Counted from the stretch's first letter, positions 8,796 to 17,590 are shown. The stretch is DNA of 64,000 bases from Anaerobutyricum sp. (GCA_963638365.1 CAVHRK010000025.1:30705-94704); one strand, 5' to 3'. Notes: generated by a model from the sequence alone, not told the origin. Made by a program: numbers and translations.

Positions 8796-9920
8796 CTAAA
8801 AGCCCTCCCGGATGGGATAGGTTTTCAGATCCGGAAGATCTTCTAACGTAATCACATCTTCATCGTTGTATGCTTTTTTCAGCATCTCTTCCTCGGTATA
8901 CGTTTCATCCAGTGTGATGATCGACATACTCTTTACAACGAACTCACCCTGCCAGGTACACCACATGCCCCACATGGCTCCGTCTCTCTTGGCAAGCTCC
9001 GGATCAAATACACAGCCATTCTCCGTCATGTAAACTAGCTTATGTCCGGCACTGTAATTCGTTGCCGCATTCAGATATTTGGAAATCTGGGAGGTATATA
9101 CATGCTCTCCCGGATAAATGTCCTCTCCGATAATATCGACGTACTCATCTCCCGGATACCAGTCCTTGTCCTGACCGTTCCATACCCAGATCAGATTATT
9201 CAGTCCATATTCCTTCGTAAACTTCTCATACATGGCAATGTAAAGCTTCTTATAACTCTCCGGCCCTGCTGCGCCCCACCAGAACCATCCTCCGCTTGCT
9301 TCATGCAAGGGGCGGAACAGGATCGGCACATGGGCATCCTTAAGAATGGTCAGCTGCTGTGCAATCACATCCATATCACTCATTAAAAGCTCGTAGCCTT
9401 CCTCATCTTCCCCGTTCATGATTTTCGCAAGATCGAGGTTCGTATTCGATGTATAAAAGCTTCCTCCCCAGTCACCGGTAATGTAAGGCTCCGGTGCCGT
9501 CCAGTGCCAGTGCATGGCAACAATCTGTCCATTCTCCCATGCCGTCTGTGCATATTCGGTAGTATAACCCGTGGTTCCGTGTGCCACCCTCGACGGGGAA
9601 TAATCCATAAAGTCCATGGCAATGACCGCCGGAAGCTTTCCTGTTGTTTTCTTAATCGCCTGAATTTCCTTTCCGTAAGGTCCCTGGTCGCAGGTCTGTC
9701 CGGACAGGATCTTCGTCCCGTAAATATCACACAAATAACTGTATAATGCCCTCGCTTCGTCCGAAGCTTCCGGATTACACAGTGGTGTATCAATCTGATA
9801 AATGCTTTGATTCTCCGTTTCGGAATTTGTCATTTCTGTTCCCTTATTACCGCATCCTGCCAGTACCATTCCCAACACTCCCATCAGGATTGTTCCTACG
9901 AGAACTTTCTTGCTGCTCAT
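8796..9920 (-). CDS. Glycoside hydrolase family 26 lipoprotein (putative beta-mannanase)
   Basis: Lipobox MVLAGC. GH26-like motifs AMHWHW, FRPLHEASGGWFWWG (acid/base Glu context) and LVYMTENG (nucleophile context). First gene of the operon. Confidence 0.8.
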   Translation of the reverse strand: MSSKKVLVGTILMGVLGMVLAGCGNKGTEMTNSETENQSIYQIDTPLCNPEASDEARALYSYLCDIYGTKILSGQTCDQGPYGKEIQAIKKTTGKLPAVIAMDFMDYSPSRVAHGTTGYTTEYAQTAWENGQIVAMHWHWTAPEPYITGDWGGSFYTSNTNLDLAKIMNGEDEEGYELLMSDMDVIAQQLTILKDAHVPILFRPLHEASGGWFWWGAAGPESYKKLYIAMYEKFTKEYGLNNLIWVWNGQDKDWYPGDEYVDIIGEDIYPGEHVYTSQISKYLNAATNYSAGHKLVYMTENGCVFDPELAKRDGAMWGMWCTWQGEFVVKSMSIITLDETYTEEEMLKKAYNDEDVITLEDLPDLKTYPIREGF

Positions 9921-9924
9921 CAGA

Positions 9925-9975
9925 TAACCTTCCTTTAACTTTGTTAGTAACCTAATTTATAACTTTATTTATAAC
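9925..9975 (-). repeat. Five phased GTTA motifs (TAAC on the plus strand) with 11-12 nt periodicity, running through the SD up to 2 nt upstream of the GH26 start codon
   Basis: Minus strand reads GGTTATAAATAA AGTTATAAATTA GGTTACTAACAA AGTTAAAGGAA GGTTATCTG ATG. TAAC is found at 9925, 9936, 9948, 9960 and 9972. Confidence 0.6.
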
Positions 9976-10125
9976 CTTTTGTTATACTTAAAAATGTACT
10001 ATCATTAACTCTTCTATACACCATTCATAATTGCTAATAATATTGTTTTCTTGCGCTTTTTGTAAATTTTGTACAGTTACACAAAATCAGCCCCCCCTTT
10101 TTGTGAATTATTACAGAAGATATAG

Positions 10126-10171
10126 ATAAAAAAAGAGTTATGTAAAACATAATGCATGTTTTACATAACTC
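10126..10171 (-). terminator. Rho-independent terminator after the decarboxylase operon
   Basis: Perfect 16-bp inverted repeat GAGTTATGTAAAACAT / ATGTTTTACATAACTC (10135-10150 and 10156-10171). On the minus strand it is followed by TTTTTTTAT. Confidence 0.75.
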
Positions 10172-10202
10172 ATAATAACCTTAATCGGTAAATTTTAATA
10201 AA

Positions 10203-11636
10203 TTAAATCGGGTAAGCTGCATTCTTGGTATCTGCCTGTGTCAGATCTACCTTTTCCTGCTGTGCCTGACGATACTTGAAGAAGTCGGTAGCAACCTGCG
10301 GGAATAATGCGTAAGATAATACGTCTTCATCCTGCTGCTTCCATTCCTTCATTTCAGACTCTAATTTGTCCATTTCGTTGGTTAAGCCTGCTGCATCTGC
10401 AGAACGGGATGTAAATCTCTGTTCACCTGGAATAACCTTATCAATTACTTCCTGATTCATCGGCTTAACGGTCTGTCCATACTTACCACGAAGCAGATCC
10501 TTGAACTCACCTGTTGCCATCTTATATCTCTCGCCCATAAGAACGTTAAATACAGCCTGTGTACCAACGATCTGGGAAGAAGGAGTAACAAGAGGGGGTT
10601 CACCACAGTCCTTACGAACTCTCGGGATCTCTTCCAACACATCCTGATACTTATCTTCTGCATGCTGTTCCTTTAACTGGCTAACCATGTTGGAAAGCAT
10701 ACCACCGGGTACCTGATATAATAAGGTCTTAATGTTAACGCCAAGAACCTTGGTGCTCATTAAACCGCTCTCTAAGCACTGTTCACGGTAAGGTCTGAAG
10801 TAATCAGCGATCTCTGCAAGGAGATTCTGATCATATCCGGTATCATAAGGAGTTCCCTTGAAGGTCTCAACCATAACTTCTGTTGCAGGCTGGGAAGTAC
10901 CCAGTGCGAACGGAGAAATTGCACAGTCGATGACATCAACGCCAGCTTCTACAGCCTTTAAGTAGGTCATGGAAGCTACACCGGAAGTATAATGGGTATG
11001 AAGCTGGATCGGGAGCTTGGTGTTCTCCTTCATAGCCTTGATAAGCTCTGCAGCCTTGTAAGGAACAAGCAGACCTGCCATATCCTTAATACAAATGGAA
11101 TCAGCACCCATCTCTTCAATCTTCTTAGCCATATCTGCCCAGTACTCTAAGGTATAAGCATCGCCTAAGGTATAGGATAAAGCAACCTGTGCCTCACCTC
11201 TGCCTTCCTGCTTCTTAATCTTCTCGGTAGCATCTACTGCAGCCTGTAAGTTACGAAGATCGTTCAAGCAGTCGAAAATACGGATTACATCAATACCGTT
11301 TGCGATAGACTTCTCTACGAAAGCGTATACAACGTCATCTGCGTAAGGTCTGTATCCTAAGATGTTCTGACCTCTGAAAAGCATCTGAAGCTTGGTATTC
11401 TTGAATCCATCTCTTAATTTACGAAGTCTGTCCCACGGATCCTCTTTCAGGAAACGAAGGGAAGCATCGAAAGTAGCTCCACCCCAGCACTCTACGGAAT
11501 GATAGCCAACTTTATCCATCTTGTCAACGATTGGAAGCATGATTTCGGTAGGCATTCTTGTTGCAATCAGAGACTGATGTGCATCACGAAGAACGGTTTC
11601 CATAATTCCAACCGGCTTTTTAACCTGATCTGCCAT
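10203..11636 (-). CDS. Oxaloacetate decarboxylase alpha / transcarboxylase 5S-type carboxyltransferase subunit, without biotinyl domain
   Basis: N-terminus ..GIMETVLRDAHQSLIATRM.., a TIM-barrel HMGL-like region, and a C-terminal PYC/OADA association region. No AMKM motif. I prefer the second ATG (11636) because GGAGG lies 9 nt upstream of it, whereas the first ATG (11651) overlaps that GGAGG. Confidence 0.85.
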   Translation of the reverse strand: MADQVKKPVGIMETVLRDAHQSLIATRMPTEIMLPIVDKMDKVGYHSVECWGGATFDASLRFLKEDPWDRLRKLRDGFKNTKLQMLFRGQNILGYRPYADDVVYAFVEKSIANGIDVIRIFDCLNDLRNLQAAVDATEKIKKQEGRGEAQVALSYTLGDAYTLEYWADMAKKIEEMGADSICIKDMAGLLVPYKAAELIKAMKENTKLPIQLHTHYTSGVASMTYLKAVEAGVDVIDCAISPFALGTSQPATEVMVETFKGTPYDTGYDQNLLAEIADYFRPYREQCLESGLMSTKVLGVNIKTLLYQVPGGMLSNMVSQLKEQHAEDKYQDVLEEIPRVRKDCGEPPLVTPSSQIVGTQAVFNVLMGERYKMATGEFKDLLRGKYGQTVKPMNQEVIDKVIPGEQRFTSRSADAAGLTNEMDKLESEMKEWKQQDEDVLSYALFPQVATDFFKYRQAQQEKVDLTQADTKNAAYPI

Positions 11637-11666
11637 TTTATTTTCCTCCATAATATTTTATTTAAT

Positions 11667-12818
11667 TTAGAATACACCGAATACAGCCATGAATGTACCG
11701 GCAGCAACTGCCGTACCGATAACTCCGGCTACGTTAGGTCCCATCGCATGCATCAGAAGGAAGTTCGTAGGATCAGCCTCTGCACCAACCTTCTGTGAAA
11801 CTCTGGCAGCCATAGGTACTGCGGAAACTCCGGCAGAACCAATCAGCGGATTAACCTTACCCTTGCTGAGAACACACATTAACTTACCGAACAGGACACC
11901 TGCTGCGGTACCGAATGCAAATGCGATCAGACCAAGAGCAACAATCTTCAGCGTATCCATGTTCAGGAATGCTTCCGCACTTGTGGTAGCACCTACGGAT
12001 GTACCCAGAAGGATAACTACGATATACATTAAAGCATTGGATGCGGTATCGGTCAGCTGACGAACCACACCGGATTCCCTGAACAGGTTACCTAACATCA
12101 GCATACCAACAAGGGGAGCTGTGGTAGGAAGGATCAAGCTTACAACGATCGTAACGATGATCGGGAATAAAATCTTCTCAAGTTTCGATACAGGACGAAG
12201 CTGTCCCATTTTAATCTTTCTTTCCTTTTCGGTTGTAAGCAGCTTCATAATAGGCGGCTGGATAATCGGCACCAGTGACATATAAGAATATGCTGCTACG
12301 GCGATCGGTCCAAGGAGAGCGGTCTGTCCCAGTTTTCCTGCAAGGAAGATGGAAGTAGGACCATCGGCTCCACCAATAATGGAGATTGCTGCTGCGGCCT
12401 TATCATTAAAGCCCATGGCAATTGCTCCAAAGTATGCTGCGAAAATACCAAACTGTGCTGCAGCACCAAGTAAGAAGCTCTTAGGATTGGCAATCAGGGG
12501 ACCGAAGTCTGTCATCGCACCTACGCCCATGAAAATCAGGGAAGGCATGATTGCCCATTCATCTAAGAGATAAAAATAATACAAAAGACCACCGGTTCCA
12601 TTCGGTGAATCCTCGATATGCATCATAATATCCGGATAGATATTAACAAGTAACATACCGAATGCAATTGGCAAAAGAAGTAACGGTTCGAAATCCTTAG
12701 CAATTGCAAGATAAAGGAACACACATGCTACAACGATCATCAGGTAATTACCCCAGGTCAGATTAAAGAACGCGGTCTGATGAATCAGGTTGTCCAGTGT
12801 TGTTACAATATAATCCAT
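11667..12818 (-). CDS. Na+-translocating decarboxylase beta subunit (OadB/MmdB/GcdB family)
   Basis: 383-aa polytopic protein with the typical family sequence character: ..[10 protein letters not shown].., ..[11 protein letters not shown].., ..[13 protein letters not shown]... Confidence 0.9.
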   Translation of the reverse strand: MDYIVTTLDNLIHQTAFFNLTWGNYLMIVVACVFLYLAIAKDFEPLLLLPIAFGMLLVNIYPDIMMHIEDSPNGTGGLLYYFYLLDEWAIMPSLIFMGVGAMTDFGPLIANPKSFLLGAAAQFGIFAAYFGAIAMGFNDKAAAAISIIGGADGPTSIFLAGKLGQTALLGPIAVAAYSYMSLVPIIQPPIMKLLTTEKERKIKMGQLRPVSKLEKILFPIIVTIVVSLILPTTAPLVGMLMLGNLFRESGVVRQLTDTASNALMYIVVILLGTSVGATTSAEAFLNMDTLKIVALGLIAFAFGTAAGVLFGKLMCVLSKGKVNPLIGSAGVSAVPMAARVSQKVGAEADPTNFLLMHAMGPNVAGVIGTAVAAGTFMAVFGVF

Positions 12819-12858
12819 TTCTTTTACCTCCTGTTGGTTTCGTAGCTACAAGCCTTCA

Positions 12859-13230
12859 TTAGTTTAATGTTGCAAGTGTTGCGCCTGCTTCTACCGCATC
12901 GCCAACTGCTACATCAATGCTTGCTACTGTACCATCTTCCGGAGCTACTACAGGAATTTCCATCTTCATAGCTTCTACTATGACAACCGGATCCCCTCTC
13001 TTAACTGCCTGTCCGACAGAAGCTTCGATCTTGAATACCTTACCGGCTGCACCGGCTTCTACCTTGATAGAGCCTGCACCGGTGCTTGCTGCCTTCGGTG
13101 CTGCAGCAGGAGCTGCCTTGGGAGCCGCCTTCGGTGCAGCAGGTGCTGCTACCGGTGCTCCTGTGGATGCGCCTTCTTCTACTACTACATCATATACGTT
13201 GCCGTTAACGGTAATTGTATAATTCTTCAT
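12859..13230 (-). CDS. Biotin carboxyl carrier protein (1.3S/MmdC/GcdC-like)
   Basis: Ala/Pro-rich linker APVAAPAAPKAAPKAAPAAAPKAAS followed by a biotinyl domain with EAMKME. Confidence 0.9.
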   Translation of the reverse strand: MKNYTITVNGNVYDVVVEEGASTGAPVAAPAAPKAAPKAAPAAAPKAASTGAGSIKVEAGAAGKVFKIEASVGQAVKRGDPVVIVEAMKMEIPVVAPEDGTVASIDVAVGDAVEAGATLATLN

Positions 13231-13265
13231 TGTAAAATCCTCCTAAATATAGTCATGAATGTTAA

Positions 13266-13991
13266 TTAACGTCTTCTGATACTTCTTACTACAAAGCCGT
13301 CTGTAGAAGAAGCTCCCTGGCTGGCTGCAATCGCTGCTGCAATCACTGCAACAAGCTCTGTGTCGTCTGCCTGTTCTTCTTTTTCAATAATCTGTGCAAT
13401 GGTATGATCGACTGCTGCAGTTTTGATTTCTTCCTGTTTCGGCTTCTTGGAAAATGCTGCCTGAATTTTAGGAATAAAGTTGAAACAGCTGATAATAAAG
13501 CTGATCAAAATCAAGACTACGAATACGGTTCCCATACCGAGAAGGGTATTCAGTGCAGCCTTCTCCATACCTTCTGCAAAGGTATATGTGGTATTGACGG
13601 TAAGACTGGTAAGTGCACTCTTCTCATATACGACTTCAATCGTTCCATCGTGATCCGTGCCCTTGATTTCTGCAAGGATCGTACCTTCTGTCATATCTGC
13701 ATCCATGGTGTTCTGCTTCAGCTCACCCATGCCGGTTACCACACCGATCTCTTCGATGCTGCTTTCATAACTGGAATACGCACTCTTGAAAACAGAAACA
13801 TCATAGCCCTGCTTCTCTGCTTCCTCCAGCTGTTCGCTGCTCATCTGGCTGAGTCCGTCAAAATAGTACTCTGCACAGGATAATGCATCTTCGGTAGAAA
13901 GGTAACTGGTATCGTCTGCTTTGGAGCTTCCACATGCAGTCAGACCAAGCATACAGATGATCATACCTAATACTAATAAATGTTTTTTCAT
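13266..13991 (-). CDS. Lipoprotein with about 150-aa extracytoplasmic domain fused to an OadG/MmdD-type membrane anchor
   Basis: I prefer the start MKKHLLVLGMIICMLGLTAC (lipobox), 16 nt after the upstream stop; the longer track ORF (to 14120) would overlap the carboxyltransferase gene by 113 nt. The C-terminus has the helix LLGMGTVFVVLILISFIISCF and a tail ELVAVIAAAIAAS typical of OadG-family subunits. Confidence 0.7.
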   Translation of the reverse strand: MKKHLLVLGMIICMLGLTACGSSKADDTSYLSTEDALSCAEYYFDGLSQMSSEQLEEAEKQGYDVSVFKSAYSSYESSIEEIGVVTGMGELKQNTMDADMTEGTILAEIKGTDHDGTIEVVYEKSALTSLTVNTTYTFAEGMEKAALNTLLGMGTVFVVLILISFIISCFNFIPKIQAAFSKKPKQEEIKTAAVDHTIAQIIEKEEQADDTELVAVIAAAIAASQGASSTDGFVVRSIRRR

Positions 13992-14007
13992 ATTAAGCAA
14001 TTCCTTT

Positions 14008-15435
14008 CTATACTGTGCCGTGCTTCTTTGCCGGTCTGTCTTCGCTCTTTGTAAGGAGCATTTCAAATGCGCCAATGACATACTTTCTGGTGTCAACAGG
14101 CTCAATGATCTGATCAACATATCCTCTCTTTGCTGCGCTTGTTACATTGTTCTGTAACTCAGCATATTCCTTTGCACAGACATCAATAGCATCTGCGCCC
14201 TGACCATCACAGATGATCTTAGCTGCAAGCTTGGCATCCATGGAACCGATCTTTGCATCCGGATATGCCATGGTGATATCTGCACCGATTGCCTTGGAAT
14301 TCATTGCAACATATGCACTTCCGAAAGCTTCACCAACAATAACGTTTACTTTCGGTACAGTTGCGTTTGCAAATGCGTAAGTAAGCTTTGCTGCTGCTTT
14401 GGCAATCTTCTTCTCAGCGCACTTGTCAGCCTTGTAACCCTTTACGTTGGTAAGGGATAATACCGGAATTCCGAAAGCATCACAGAAGTTAACGAAATCA
14501 GCAGCCTTCTCACATCCTGCAGGAGTAAGAACTGCATCAAACTTCTCTGCTTCGCCGTTCTCGTCATATAAAGCGGTACGGTTTGCTACAGCACCAACGG
14601 TAACGCCGTCTAACTTAATCAGGGCAGTAACCATTTCCTTCGCATAAGCACTCTTTACTTCGAATACCTGTCCGTTATCGGAAATCTGGGAAAGAGCGAT
14701 GGCAGGATCTGCTACAGCGCCTTCCATATTTTCACATGCTCTGTTCAGATCATCGGTACAGTCCTCAAAGAATGCATCGTCATCGTTATTTGCAGGAAGC
14801 ATGCTTACAAGCTCTCTGATCTTGGCAAGTACGGTTGCCTCATCAGCAACAACATCCACATTGCCTGCCTCTTCACTCTGGAATGCAGCAGATGCAGTGT
14901 CACACTTGGTAACTACGTTTCCGTCTAATGCATTGGGAGCGTTAACAAATAATTTTGCCTTGCTCTCTTCCATGAAAGTAAAGTCTGTTAAGGTCGGGAT
15001 TAAAGCAAGACCGCCGCCACAGTTACCGAAAATAGCGGTAATCTGAGGGATCACGCCTGAACTTAACACCTGCTTTTTGTAGATTTCACCGAAACCGTTT
15101 AATGCATCGGTTGCTTCCTGTAATCTTAAACCTGCGGATTCAATGAGGCCAATTACAGGTGCTCCTGTCTTCAGTGCAAGGTCATAAAGATTGGCAATTT
15201 TCTTTGCATGCATTTCACCAACGCTGCCGTTTAATACGGAAGCATCCTGGCTGTATACATATACAAGATTACCACCAATTACTCCATAACCGGTGATGAC
15301 ACCGTCAGAAGGAGTCTCAGTCTGTTTCAGATTAAAGTCGGTGCTTCTGGCTGTAACCATGGCGCCAATTTCAACGAAACTGTTGTCATCGAGTAAAGAA
15401 GCTATTCTTTGACTCGCTTGTGAAGTAGTACTCAT
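14008..15435 (-). CDS. Acyl-CoA carboxyltransferase subunit (12S / MmdA / GcdA-like, 475 aa)
   Basis: Two crotonase-fold halves: ..DGVITGYGVIGGNLVYVYSQDASVLNGSVGEMHAKKI..APVIGLIESAGLRLQE..IFGNCGGGLALIPTLTDFTFM.. and ..VGAVANRT..FCDAFGIPVLSLTNVKGY..VPKVNVIVGEAFGSAYVAMNSK... Substrate not assignable. Confidence 0.8.
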   Translation of the reverse strand: MSTTSQASQRIASLLDDNSFVEIGAMVTARSTDFNLKQTETPSDGVITGYGVIGGNLVYVYSQDASVLNGSVGEMHAKKIANLYDLALKTGAPVIGLIESAGLRLQEATDALNGFGEIYKKQVLSSGVIPQITAIFGNCGGGLALIPTLTDFTFMEESKAKLFVNAPNALDGNVVTKCDTASAAFQSEEAGNVDVVADEATVLAKIRELVSMLPANNDDDAFFEDCTDDLNRACENMEGAVADPAIALSQISDNGQVFEVKSAYAKEMVTALIKLDGVTVGAVANRTALYDENGEAEKFDAVLTPAGCEKAADFVNFCDAFGIPVLSLTNVKGYKADKCAEKKIAKAAAKLTYAFANATVPKVNVIVGEAFGSAYVAMNSKAIGADITMAYPDAKIGSMDAKLAAKIICDGQGADAIDVCAKEYAELQNNVTSAAKRGYVDQIIEPVDTRKYVIGAFEMLLTKSEDRPAKKHGTV

Positions 15436-15662
15436 ATTCTTCAGCCCTCCATTTTTATATTAAATAAATGATAACGCATTAAAGGGCGCATTGCACCCCA
15501 TAAATCATCTATGGTAGTATAACACAAAGTTTTTAAATCGCATAGGACAAATTTGCTTTTTCTGCAAATTTTTTACAAAAATTTTACCCGTGTGCCCTCT
15601 CACATATCTTTCTTTTTTCCTGCATACATATAGGATGAGTCTTTTTGAAAAAAGGATCCCCT

Positions 15663-17030
15663 ATGTCCCAGAAAAAACGATACTATTTATTCATCCTCTT
15701 TTCCCTGTTATTCCTTATTTTCTGTAGTCTTCCCGGAATACATACAGGAAATACAGCTGCGGATGTTCTTAATCATTCCATAGTCTCCGATCTGCCACAA
15801 CCGCTTTCTGTGTTCAAGGCACCATCCACCGTTGTGGATTCCTCCATACAGCCTTCCCTTACGCTCTACGCAAAGTCCGCTGTTTTAATGGACGCGGAAT
15901 CCGGGCGTATTTTATATGAAAAGAACGGATCCGAGATTCTTCCGATGGCAAGCACCACCAAGATCATGACCTGCATTCTCGCACTGGAAAACGCAGATCT
16001 CAACGATTACGCCGAAGCCTCCTCTTACGCATCGAGCATGCCCAAGGTCCATCTCGGCGTCCGTTCCGGAGAATGCTTCCGTTTAGAGGATCTGCTTTAT
16101 TCCCTGATGTTGGAATCCCATAACGATTCTGCGGTCGTCATTGCCGAGCATATTGCCGGGAGCACCGGAGAGTTTGCGGATATGATGAACCGGAAGGCAA
16201 AGGAAATCGGCTGTGAAAACACCTTCTTTATCACCCCGAACGGCCTGGATGCAGTCTCTACCTCCACGGACGGTCAGACACACATTCATTCCACCACAGC
16301 CACAGATCTTGCCCGGATCATGTCCTACTGCATCACATCCTCTCCGAAGAAAGAAGAATTCCTTACGATCACCCGCACCGCCTCACATTCCTTTACCGGC
16401 CTCCAGAAATCCGGGGAGGATTATGTTTCGGACGGACGCTCCTTTACCTGCAACAATCACAACGCCTTTTTATCCATGATGGAGGGCGCCCTCTCCGGCA
16501 AAACCGGTTTCACCGCCAACGCCGGTTACTGCTATGTCGGCTCCTTACGGCAGGAGGACCGTACCTTCGTCGTTGCCCTGCTCGCCTGTGGCTGGCCGAA
16601 CAATAAATCCTACAAATGGTCTGATACCAAAAAGCTGATGAGCTACGGCCTTGAAAATTATACGACACATACCCTACAGGAAGCCCTGCTTTCTTCCTCG
16701 GACCTTGCTCCCGTTCCGGTCTATGACGCAGCCACAGATACATGGAATGCCACGCTTTCCGAAACGCCTTATATTGAACGGGATGAAGCTTTTGTAAACA
16801 AAAAAATTCTCCTTAAACAAGGAGAACATTTTCAGGTACAATATGAATATGAAAAAAACTTAACCGCACCCGTACAGAGCGGCCAGCAGATCGGTGAAAT
16901 CCGTTATTATCTCGATGATACCCTGTACTATAAAGAAAGCATCCATGTTCCGGATCCGGTCGATGCCATTACACTTCCTTACTGCGTCCGGCAGAGCATC
17001 CGACATTTTCTGCTTTATACATCCACCTGA
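15663..17030 (+). CDS. D-alanyl-D-alanine carboxypeptidase (peptidase S11, PBP5-like)
   Basis: Motifs SxxK (ASTTKIMT), SxN (SHND) and KTG (KTGFT). I prefer the ATG at 15663 (AAAGGA 8 nt upstream) over the TTG at 15645 used by the ORF track. Confidence 0.85.
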   Translation: MSQKKRYYLFILFSLLFLIFCSLPGIHTGNTAADVLNHSIVSDLPQPLSVFKAPSTVVDSSIQPSLTLYAKSAVLMDAESGRILYEKNGSEILPMASTTKIMTCILALENADLNDYAEASSYASSMPKVHLGVRSGECFRLEDLLYSLMLESHNDSAVVIAEHIAGSTGEFADMMNRKAKEIGCENTFFITPNGLDAVSTSTDGQTHIHSTTATDLARIMSYCITSSPKKEEFLTITRTASHSFTGLQKSGEDYVSDGRSFTCNNHNAFLSMMEGALSGKTGFTANAGYCYVGSLRQEDRTFVVALLACGWPNNKSYKWSDTKKLMSYGLENYTTHTLQEALLSSSDLAPVPVYDAATDTWNATLSETPYIERDEAFVNKKILLKQGEHFQVQYEYEKNLTAPVQSGQQIGEIRYYLDDTLYYKESIHVPDPVDAITLPYCVRQSIRHFLLYTST

Positions 17031-17590
17031 ACATCACCGTCAACTTCGGCTTCTGCCTGCTGTTTGAATTCCTCAATCTGGACCGGGGACAATTCCGGCA
17101 GTTCCTCCAGGGACTTCACACCAAAGCTTCTTAAAAACTCCTCGGTTGTACCGAACAGAAGCGGCTTACCGGGTGCATCCATACGTCCGATCTCAGCAAT
17201 CAGTCCGAATTCCAAAAGGCGGTTCACTGCATGGTCACAGCTCACCCCGCGGACACGTTCGATTTCCGCTCTGGTGATCGGCTGCTTATAGGCAATAATG
17301 GACAATGTTTCCAAAAGCGTATCGGTGAGTACATATTTGCGCGGCGTCTTTGCAATTTTAATCAGATACTCATACATTTCAGACTTCGTGCACATCTGGA
17401 AGGAATCTTCTAATTCCATCAGAGTGATTCCTCTGTCCTCCCTGTCATAGTCTGATTTCATTTCCAGTAAAAGCTCTTTCGTTTCCTTTTTACTGATTTC
17501 CAGTACCGCTGCAAGCCGTTCGGTCTCAACGGCTTCTCCCATGGTAAATAAAACAGCTTCGAGTACGGCTTTCTGTTCCTTCTTATCCAT
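17015..17590 (-). CDS. scpB: Segregation and condensation protein B
   Basis: ..LEAVLFTMGEAV..ITLMELEDSFQMCTK..LETLSIIAYKQPITRAEIERVRGV.. Follows scpA by 17 nt. Its 3' end overlaps the convergent dac gene by 16 nt. Confidence 0.9.
   Translation of the reverse strand: MDKKEQKAVLEAVLFTMGEAVETERLAAVLEISKKETKELLLEMKSDYDREDRGITLMELEDSFQMCTKSEMYEYLIKIAKTPRKYVLTDTLLETLSIIAYKQPITRAEIERVRGVSCDHAVNRLLEFGLIAEIGRMDAPGKPLLFGTTEEFLRSFGVKSLEELPELSPVQIEEFKQQAEAEVDGDVQVDV

Noticed and set aside
10081-10106. C7/G7 homopolymer in a CACAAAA..TTTTGTG hairpin loop as a phase-variation switch for the GH26 operon
   Set aside because: Seven residues is short for slipped-strand switching. The tract lies upstream of the likely promoter rather than between the -35 and -10 elements or inside a coding sequence, and there is no supporting evidence.
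13992-14120. N-terminal 43-aa extension of the OadG-like ORF that overlaps the carboxyltransferase gene
   Set aside because: The extension overlaps the upstream gene by 113 nt and has no signal-peptide logic. The internal ATG at 13991 yields a textbook lipoprotein signal peptide 16 nt after the upstream stop.
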